NCBI GenBank assembly: GCA_040005945.1
Contig: JBDTXY010000001.1
Location: 1-41,593, forward strand
Reading direction: 5' to 3'
Source: Acidobacteriota bacterium
Lineage (GTDB): Bacteria > Acidobacteriota > Thermoanaerobaculia > UBA5066 > Gp7-AA6
Length of the DNA stretch: 41,593 bases
Shown here in pieces: positions 35,476-41,593 of this stretch. The notes under the pieces were generated by a model. That model had not been told where the DNA came from, did not search any database, and saw only the letters and a list, made by a program, of their open reading frames with translations. The translations under genes were made by a program, and so were the position numbers. Position 1 is the first letter of the stretch, and each line of letters begins with the position of its first letter.

Positions 35476-35507
35476 CCGTTTCACGTTTTACGTTTGACGT
35501 TTCACGG
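35476..35507. repeat. Right heptad-repeat arm flanking the four-helix-bundle ORF
   Basis: C CGTTTCA CGTTTTA CGTTTGA CGTTTCA CGG: four 7-nt-phased CGTTT words, the reverse complement of the left arm. It ends 3 nt before the biotin carboxylase ATG. Confidence 0.8.
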
Positions 35508-35509
35508 CC

Positions 35510-36997
35510 ATGCGCCTTCTCGTAGCGAACCGCGGCGAAATCGCAGTCCGGATCTTTCGCGCGTGCCGCGATCTGGGGATCGAGACGGTCGCGGTCTTTT
35601 CGGACGCGGACCGCGAGTCGCCGCACGTGACGATGGCGGATCATGCCGTTCGACTAGGACCCGCTCCCGCGCGCGAGAGCTACCTTTCCATTCCCGGAAT
35701 TCTCGCGGCGGCGCGCAAGACGGGGGCCCGGCTGGTGCATCCGGGCTACGGCTTCCTGGCCGAGAACGCGTCCTTCGCGCGGTCCTGCGGGGAGGCGGGG
35801 CTGGTGTTCGTGGGGCCGACGCCCCAGGCGATCGAAGCCATGGGGTCCAAGACCGGCAGCCGGCAGCTGATGGAAAAGGCCGGGGTGCCCGTGGTGCCGG
35901 GGATGCTCCGCCCGGCCGGCAGCGCGGCGGAATTGAAGGCGTTCGCGGCGAAGGCGGGTTATCCCATCCTGCTCAAGGCCTCGGCGGGCGGCGGGGGGAA
36001 GGGGATGCGCCGGGTGGACGCCGCGTCCGATCTGGAGGCCGCCTTTACGCGCGTTGCGGCCGAAGCCCAGTCGTCCTTTGGCGATGCCTCCGTGTACGCC
36101 GAAAAGCTCATCGAGCGGCCGCGCCACGTCGAGGTGCAGATCGTCGGGCACCCTCGGGACGGCGTCGTCGCCGTGGGGGAACGGGAATGCAGCATTCAGC
36201 GGCGCCACCAGAAAGTGCTCGAGGAGTCCCCGTCGCCGGCTGTGGGTCCCGCGCTGCGGGATCGCCGCGGCGCCACGGCGATCGCGGCGGCGAAGGCGGT
36301 CCAATACACATCCTGCGGCACCGTCGAATTCCTGTTGGCGCCGGATGGGTCATTCTACTTTCTGGAGATGAACACGCGCCTCCAGGTGGAGCATCCGGTC
36401 ACGGAAGAGGTCTGGGGGGTCGACCTGGCCGCGGCCATGATCCGGATCGCGCTCGGGGAGAAGCTGCCGTTCGCAGCGGAAAATCTGCGGCCCCGCGGCC
36501 ACGCCATCGAATGCCGCATCTACGCCGAGGACGCGCGCCGCGGCTTTTCACCCTCGCCCGGCCGCATCGCGGCTCTGCGCCTGCCTCAGGGGCCGGGGAT
36601 CCGGAACGACATGGGTGTCGAGGCGGGATCGGTGGTGCCGATCGACTACGACCCGATGCTGGGAAAGCTCGTGGTGCACGGCCAGGATCGCGCGGCGGCG
36701 ATGGCGCGGCTGTCCCGCGCGCTCTCGGAGTACGAGATCGCCGGTGTGGATACCACGCTGCCTTTGTTTCGCGCGCTCTGCGCCGACCCGGACTTCGTGC
36801 GCGGGGATTGCGACGTCCAGTGGCTGGACCGTCGTTTGTCCGAGGGTCTGCTGGGTGCGCCCGCTCCCGCGGCGTCCGTGATTTGGCTGGCCGCGGTCGG
36901 CCTGGCGCAGGAGCCGGGCGCGGGACCCGCGGAATCCTCGGCGCAAGCCTCCTCGTCCTGGAGACACGCGGCGCGGCGCGAGCTGCTCCGGAGCTGA
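35510..36997 (+). CDS. accC: Biotin carboxylase subunit of acyl-CoA carboxylase
   Basis: Motifs: MRLLVANRGEIAVRIFRACRDLGIETVAVFSDADRES, HPGYGFLAEN, KASAGGGGKGMR, ECSIQRRHQKVLEESP, FLEMNTRLQVEHPVTE. It carries no biotinyl domain, which is encoded separately downstream. Confidence 0.93.
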   Translation: MRLLVANRGEIAVRIFRACRDLGIETVAVFSDADRESPHVTMADHAVRLGPAPARESYLSIPGILAAARKTGARLVHPGYGFLAENASFARSCGEAGLVFVGPTPQAIEAMGSKTGSRQLMEKAGVPVVPGMLRPAGSAAELKAFAAKAGYPILLKASAGGGGKGMRRVDAASDLEAAFTRVAAEAQSSFGDASVYAEKLIERPRHVEVQIVGHPRDGVVAVGERECSIQRRHQKVLEESPSPAVGPALRDRRGATAIAAAKAVQYTSCGTVEFLLAPDGSFYFLEMNTRLQVEHPVTEEVWGVDLAAAMIRIALGEKLPFAAENLRPRGHAIECRIYAEDARRGFSPSPGRIAALRLPQGPGIRNDMGVEAGSVVPIDYDPMLGKLVVHGQDRAAAMARLSRALSEYEIAGVDTTLPLFRALCADPDFVRGDCDVQWLDRRLSEGLLGAPAPAASVIWLAAVGLAQEPGAGPAESSAQASSSWRHAARRELLRS

Positions 36998-37527
36998 TGC
37001 GACGTTTCACGTTCATTCACCGTGGCTCGGCCGATCCCGAAGAGATCGCGATCTCGCTGGAGGGATCGCGTCGCGTTCTGACCCGCGGGGGCAAGAGCGA
37101 AGGCGCGGCTGTCGCGCGGCTCGGGGACGGCCGCCTGTCACTCCTCTTGGACGACGGGCGACAGATTTGCGGCCGGGTGCTCCCGGGGCCCGATGGGGTG
37201 GCGGAGGTCGTGACCGGCAACTCGCGCGACAAGATCTCGCTGGCCGAGCCGCTCCGGGACCGGATCGCGCACGCGATTGAGGCCGGGGTGGGTGGCCCCG
37301 CCGAGGAAGAGATCCGAGCGTTGATGCCCGGGCGGGTCGTCGAGGTTCACGTTGCGGAAGGGAACCGGGTCGCCTCCGGCGCTCTGATTCTGGTGCTGGA
37401 GGCGATGAAGATGCAGAACGAGATCCGCACTTCCCGGAGCGGAACCGTCGCTCGGATCTGTGTCGAGGCCGGAAAGGCCGTCGACGGCGGGTCGCTTCTG
37501 GCGGTGATTCGGTCCGAGCCCGCCTGA
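36997..37527 (+). CDS. Biotin carboxyl carrier protein (biotinyl/lipoyl domain)
   Basis: ATG 36997 overlaps the upstream TGA (TGATG). The C-terminal domain MPGRVVEVHVAEGNRVASGALILVLEAMKMQNEIRTSRSGTVARICVEAGKAVDGGSLLAVI contains the EAMKM biotinylation motif. The ORF-track extension to 35494 is read-through. Confidence 0.85.
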   Translation: MRRFTFIHRGSADPEEIAISLEGSRRVLTRGGKSEGAAVARLGDGRLSLLLDDGRQICGRVLPGPDGVAEVVTGNSRDKISLAEPLRDRIAHAIEAGVGGPAEEEIRALMPGRVVEVHVAEGNRVASGALILVLEAMKMQNEIRTSRSGTVARICVEAGKAVDGGSLLAVIRSEPA

Positions 37528-37700
37528 CCCGGGTCGCGGCTCAGCAGAGGCCGAGGCTCCCTTGACTGACCGGCCGGTTATCCAAAAATCCGGACTTCCA
37601 TCCAACCCGCTGGTACTTTTAAATTCGGCATTCGTCCCTTTTTTTCCGCTTTCCTATTGCATACCAATTAGTTAGAGTTCGGGAATTCGTCGGGAAATCT

Positions 37701-37716
37701 TGGCAGTGACATTGCT
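37701..37716 (+). promoter_or_regulatory. Sigma-54 (-24/-12) promoter candidate for the outer-membrane receptor gene
   Basis: TGGCAGTGACATTGCT matches TGGCAC-N5-TTGCT with correct spacing. It lies in an unusually AT-rich 256-bp intergenic region, ~69 nt upstream of ATG 37784. Confidence 0.6.
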
Positions 37717-37783
37717 CTATGTTTCAGGTCGACGTGAGGAAACTCACAAAACTTTTGAACTGGTTACCAATAAGGAGGAAGGG

Positions 37784-40700
37784 ATGAGGTCAGCTTTCCG
37801 ATTTAGCCTGGCGCTATCGGTCTGCCTGCTCCTGGTCGCTCCGGTTGTCTTCGGACAGACCACCGGCGAGATCCAGGGGACGGTGAATGGGACCGATGGT
37901 CGCCCACTACCTGGAGTCACCGTCGAGGCGTCGAGTCCCTCCTTGCAGGGGACGCGCGTCAGCGTGACGGGGAACGACGGGGTCTTCCGGTTCATCTCGC
38001 TGCCGCCGGGCGTCTACAAGGTCCGCGGCAACCTGTCGGGCTTCACGACGGTCGAGCGGACCGCGACCGTGAAGTTGGATTCCGCGATCGTCGTGCAGAT
38101 GCAGCTCCAGGTTTCGGCCAAGGAAGAGCTGGTCGTCACGGGAGAGGCTCCCGTCGTCGACTCGACCTCGGCGGAATCGGGCACCAACATCCGCCAGGAA
38201 ATCGCCCAGAAGCTTCCGGTGGGCCGCAACTACTCCAGCGTCGTGGCGATCCAGCCCGGCGTGGCCACGGATCAGGCGGAGACGCAAGGCCGCGGTGGAA
38301 GCTCCAACCCGACCGGCGGCGGCTTCACGATCTACGGCGCGACTTCGGTTGAGAACTCCTACCTGGTGGACGGCGTCAACACGACGAACGTCATCAAGGG
38401 ATTCCAGGGCAAGGCGCTCTCGCAGGAGTTCATCGAGGAAGTCCAGGTCAAGTCCAGCGGCTACGAGCCCGAGTACGGCCGTTCCACGGGCGGCGTCATC
38501 AACGTCGTCACCAAGTCGGGAGGCAACGACTTCCATGGCGACGCGTTCGGCTATTTCGACACCAAGGGTTTGACCGCCGACTACAAGGGTTTCTCGGACG
38601 TCGTCTTCAACGCCGATGAAACCAACTTCACCAACTCCGGAACCGACGCGGAATACGTCGTCGACCGCAGCCAGCAGAATCGCCAGGACTATGGCGCCGA
38701 CCTGGGCGGCTTCTTCGTCAAGGACCACGTCTGGTTCTTCGGGGCGTACAACCGGGTCACCTACAACAACAGTCAGATCCTGAGCCCGGGGGCCGAGCCC
38801 ATTTATGGCCCCCTGGTCGCGGGAGTCGATCAACAATTCGACTCGACCGGCAACATCTACTCCGGAAAGTTGACCTTCCGCCTGGGACAGGGAACCACGA
38901 TCGTGGGAACCGTCTTCGGCGATCCGGAGAAGCGCTCCGGGAACCTGGCCAATCTCTCATCGACCAATCCCGTCATCAAGAACGCCACTCGGGATCTCGG
39001 CGCGACCGACTACTCGGGTGCCTTGACTCAGCTGTTCGGCAGCTCCGCGTTGGTCACGGCGCGGTATGCGCGCCACGGCGATCGGTATCAGCTCAATCCC
39101 GGGCCGGGATCCGACGCACCCCAGATCCGAGACTACACCTCGGGCTCGTTGGTGGTCTCCAATGGATTCGGCTCGATCTTCGGACCCACGAACTTCAACA
39201 AGTCCACCCGCGACGCCTATCAGTTGACGGGCACGGTCTACGCCGCGAACCACGAGATCAAGGTGGGCGGAGACTACGAGAACAACACGACGTTTACGAC
39301 CTCGTTCTACACGGGCGGCTCGCGCCTGCAGATCCAGAACTGCCCGGACGCGGATCCGGAGGATCCAGGGCGCCTGCTCTGCACCCCCGGAACGCCGGGC
39401 AACATCTACTACGGCCATGACTTCTACACCGGCAGCTCACTCGATCCGGCGAGCTCCTACCTGCCGGCCGGCAACGTCGCCAACCCCAAGAGCGTTCGCT
39501 ACAGCGCTTTCGTCCAGGACAAGTGGACGGTGATGCCCGCCCTGACCGTTCAGCTGGGCGTCCGCTGGGACCTGGAGAACATCAAGGACTACACCGGAGC
39601 CAGCGTCATCAAGCTCAAGAATGAGTGGCAGCCCCGCATCGGTATCGCCTACGACATCGCCGGGGACGGATCGAGCAAGCTCTCGGCGTCGGCCGGACGC
39701 TTCTACTTCGCGATGCCGACGGATTTGAACGTCCGCGCCTACGGCGCCCAGACGACGGCCACGGTTTGGAACTACGACCCCTCCTTCGACGCGATCTTCC
39801 AGGATCCCCTGGCGCCCCGCCTGACCAACGTCCAGGGCGGAGCGTTCACCGAGCCCGTTCAGGGCTACACCCCGGGCTGCGGCGCGGACGGCAACCCCGC
39901 CTGCGTTTCCAGCCTGAAGGGCATCTATCAGGACGAGTACACCCTCGGATTCGACAAGGCCATCGACCCCACGTTCGCGGTCGGCGTCAAGGGAACCTAC
40001 CGTCACTACGGCCGCACGATCGAAGATCGTTGCGACGTGGATGCCGCGTTCCCCGAGGCCAATCAGAGCACGTGCGTCATCTTCAACCCGGGCTCCGACG
40101 ACGCGTTCGCGACGGGCGACTTCCACGCCTGCTCGGGCTTCGACTCAGAGCCGTTCGACAACAGCGGCACCCCGGACTCGGGCTGCAACAGCCAGGCGCT
40201 GACCCCCATCTCGCAGCCGCTGCCCGCGGGCGGCGTCTACAACTCGGCCGTTCCCAAGGCCAAGCGGGAGTACTACGCGGCAGAGTTCGTGGCCAAGAAG
40301 CAGGTGGGCCGCAGCCTCTGGACGCAGGTGTCCTACATCTGGTCTCGGCTGCGCGGCAACTACGACGGATCGGCGCGTCAGGCCAACCTCGGACAGACCG
40401 ACCCTGGCATCAACGCCGACTTCGACTACGCGGCCTTCCTGATCAACGCCGACGGCAAGCTGTACCTCGACCGGCCGCACTCCGTCCGCGTCGACGCGGC
40501 CTACACGGCTCCCTTCGGCTTGACCATGGGTTTCTCCGGCTTCGTCCGCTCCGGCGCTCCGAAGGACAAGGTCGGATACTTCAACAGCCAGTACGGCACG
40601 GAGCTTCTCCTGGTGGAGCGCGGCTCCTTCGGGCGCCTTCCCGCTGACTACGAGATCAACGCGTCGTTGGGCTACACGATCAAGATCGCTCCCGTGGACA

Positions 40701-40876
40701 TCTCACTGTTCGTTCAGGGCTTCAACCTGCTCAACAGGCAGACGGTCCTGGCGGTCGACAACGAGTTCAGCCAGGACATCCCGGGCTCCCCGGACGAGTT
40801 TTACGGCAGCTTCGACAAGGCCGTCACCCGTCGGGCCCCCCGTCAGCTCAAGTTCGGTGCGCGCATCAGCTTCTAA
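37784..40876 (+). CDS. TonB-dependent-receptor-like outer-membrane protein with N-terminal carboxypeptidase-regulatory-like domain
   Basis: AAGGAGG lies 6 nt upstream of ATG 37784. Signal peptide MRSAFRFSLALSVCLLLVAPVVFGQ. CarboxypepD_reg-like GEIQGTVNGTDGRPLPGVTVEASSPSLQGTRVSVTGNDGVFRFISLPPGVYKV. Plug-like ENSYLVDGVNTT. Long beta-rich body ending in the aromatic terminal KFGARISF. Confidence 0.88.
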   Translation: MRSAFRFSLALSVCLLLVAPVVFGQTTGEIQGTVNGTDGRPLPGVTVEASSPSLQGTRVSVTGNDGVFRFISLPPGVYKVRGNLSGFTTVERTATVKLDSAIVVQMQLQVSAKEELVVTGEAPVVDSTSAESGTNIRQEIAQKLPVGRNYSSVVAIQPGVATDQAETQGRGGSSNPTGGGFTIYGATSVENSYLVDGVNTTNVIKGFQGKALSQEFIEEVQVKSSGYEPEYGRSTGGVINVVTKSGGNDFHGDAFGYFDTKGLTADYKGFSDVVFNADETNFTNSGTDAEYVVDRSQQNRQDYGADLGGFFVKDHVWFFGAYNRVTYNNSQILSPGAEPIYGPLVAGVDQQFDSTGNIYSGKLTFRLGQGTTIVGTVFGDPEKRSGNLANLSSTNPVIKNATRDLGATDYSGALTQLFGSSALVTARYARHGDRYQLNPGPGSDAPQIRDYTSGSLVVSNGFGSIFGPTNFNKSTRDAYQLTGTVYAANHEIKVGGDYENNTTFTTSFYTGGSRLQIQNCPDADPEDPGRLLCTPGTPGNIYYGHDFYTGSSLDPASSYLPAGNVANPKSVRYSAFVQDKWTVMPALTVQLGVRWDLENIKDYTGASVIKLKNEWQPRIGIAYDIAGDGSSKLSASAGRFYFAMPTDLNVRAYGAQTTATVWNYDPSFDAIFQDPLAPRLTNVQGGAFTEPVQGYTPGCGADGNPACVSSLKGIYQDEYTLGFDKAIDPTFAVGVKGTYRHYGRTIEDRCDVDAAFPEANQSTCVIFNPGSDDAFATGDFHACSGFDSEPFDNSGTPDSGCNSQALTPISQPLPAGGVYNSAVPKAKREYYAAEFVAKKQVGRSLWTQVSYIWSRLRGNYDGSARQANLGQTDPGINADFDYAAFLINADGKLYLDRPHSVRVDAAYTAPFGLTMGFSGFVRSGAPKDKVGYFNSQYGTELLLVERGSFGRLPADYEINASLGYTIKIAPVDISLFVQGFNLLNRQTVLAVDNEFSQDIPGSPDEFYGSFDKAVTRRAPRQLKFGARISF

Positions 40877-40903
40877 GAAACAGCGCTCAACCGCTTTTCT
40901 CTC

Positions 40904-40936
40904 GGGGGAGGCTTCGGCCTCCCCCTTTTCTTTTCT
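40904..40936 (+). terminator. Rho-independent terminator
   Basis: GGGGGAGGC (40904-40912), TTCG loop, GCCTCCCCC (40917-40925), followed by TTTTCTTTTCT. Confidence 0.8.
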
Positions 40937-41005
40937 CGAAGGCAGGAGGACCCTGACGCGGCCCTCCGATCAGGGGTAGTATTTGAGTTTCCCTGGAGGT
41001 ATCTC

Positions 41006-41593
41006 ATGCGCCGTCTGCTGAGCGTTTCCCTCCTGCTCGTCCTCCTCTCCTGGGTGCCCCTCTCCGCGACTCCGAACGCGCTGGCGCTTCCCGATCTCTT
41101 CCGAAAAGCCAAGGAACAAGTCAAGCTCGGCTCCTACGACGCGGCGCTGGCGACGCTTCACGAGATCGAGGCCGCCAGCCAGCAAGCCGGCCTGGAGAGA
41201 GACCGGGAGGCGTTGCGACCCTCTCTGGCCTTCTACAAGGGCGTCTGCCACGCGGCGCTGGGGAAGGACGAGGAAGCCCGCCAGCTCTTCGCGGTTTATC
41301 TCGAGGCGACTCCCAACGCGCGGCTGGACCCGGCGATGTATCCCAAGAGGGTGATCTCATCCTTCGAGGCCGTGCAGAAGTCCGTCGCGCGGCCGCAACC
41401 GGAGGAGCCCAAGGGCCCGGGCATCGGCACCGCCTACCGCGCATACAAGACCCCCGACGCCGCCATCCACCCGCCCGTGGACGAGAATTGGGACGAGGGG
41501 CCCGCGCGTTTCCTGCTCACGCCCAACGAGGGAGACGAATTCCGGCGGCTCACCGATCCGATCGCGCGATCCGAATTCATCACGAAGTTCTGG
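41006..41593 (+). CDS. N-terminal part of a secreted GWxTD-domain-like protein (3' end lies outside the window)
   Basis: GGAGGT lies 5 nt upstream of ATG 41006. The frame stays open to the window end (196 codons). Signal peptide MRRLLSVSLLLVLLSWVPLSA, a TPR-like helix pair, then LLTPNEGDEFRRLTDPIARSEFITKFW, which resembles the start of GWxTD domains. It is absent from the ORF track because it has no stop in the window. Confidence 0.65.
   Translation, partial: MRRLLSVSLLLVLLSWVPLSATPNALALPDLFRKAKEQVKLGSYDAALATLHEIEAASQQAGLERDREALRPSLAFYKGVCHAALGKDEEARQLFAVYLEATPNARLDPAMYPKRVISSFEAVQKSVARPQPEEPKGPGIGTAYRAYKTPDAAIHPPVDENWDEGPARFLLTPNEGDEFRRLTDPIARSEFITKFW

Noticed and set aside
754-35507. The heptad-repeat elements as a CRISPR array or as tRNA/ncRNA genes.
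   Set aside because: The repeat units are only 7 nt, are contiguous (no spacers) and are arranged as inverted arms. No cas genes, and no cloverleaf-compatible sequence, were seen in any intergenic region.
37528-37783. Possible cobalamin or other riboswitch in the long leader of the TonB-dependent-receptor-like gene.
   Set aside because: No B12-box-like GCCACTG core or other conserved riboswitch motif was recognised. The region is AT-rich and better explained as a promoter region.

Overview
GC-rich bacterial chromosomal window. The gene content (GspG-like pilins, a CarboxypepD_reg/TonB-type outer-membrane protein, a GWxTD-type protein, a four-helix-bundle ORF) resembles Acidobacteriota-like genomes, but that taxonomic guess is inference only. 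All family calls come from reading motifs in the translations; no homology search was possible.

Bases 1-27,000 form a type IV pilus (T4P) accessory locus:
- two tandem GspG/PilA-like pilin genes
- a YfhO-like membrane protein, prepilin peptidase PilD and a second GT-C-like membrane protein
- a PAS histidine kinase
- on the opposite strand, PilT plus a larger PilT-family ATPase with a ~470-aa HEAT-repeat N-terminal extension
- a translationally coupled minor-pilin operon (FimT/GspH-like, PilV-, PilW-, PilX-like) running into a 1890-aa PilY1-like protein, a small secreted protein of unknown function and a second 1647-aa PilY1-like paralog
- an NtrC-family sigma-54 response regulator

PilB, PilC and PilMNOPQ are not in the window.

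Bases 27,000-41,593 look like housekeeping genes: two mini-lipoproteins, selA, an MXAN_5187-like/TPR pair, a PmbA/TldD pair, a DUF507-like gene, an acyl-CoA carboxylase operon (carboxyltransferase, biotin carboxylase, BCCP), a large TonB-dependent-receptor-like OMP and the start of a GWxTD-like protein. No rRNA, tRNA, CRISPR array, transposase or integrase was recognised.

Most unusual observations:
1. A family of intergenic inverted repeats whose arms are tandem 7-nt words (four loci). One brackets a four-helix-bundle (23S-IVS/Avd family) ORF inserted inside the carboxylase operon.
2. Two near-identical sigma-54 -24/-12 elements, each ~95 bp downstream of a CTGTTAC-N5-GTAAC palindrome, in front of the minor-pilin operon and the second pilY1. 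A third sigma-54-type promoter precedes the OMP gene.
3. The HEAT-PilT fusion.
4. Tandem giant PilY1 paralogs whose vWA domain appears split by a 600-850-aa insertion that includes a repetitive Thr/Pro linker.
5. GT-C-type membrane proteins flanking pilD, suggesting pilus glycosylation.
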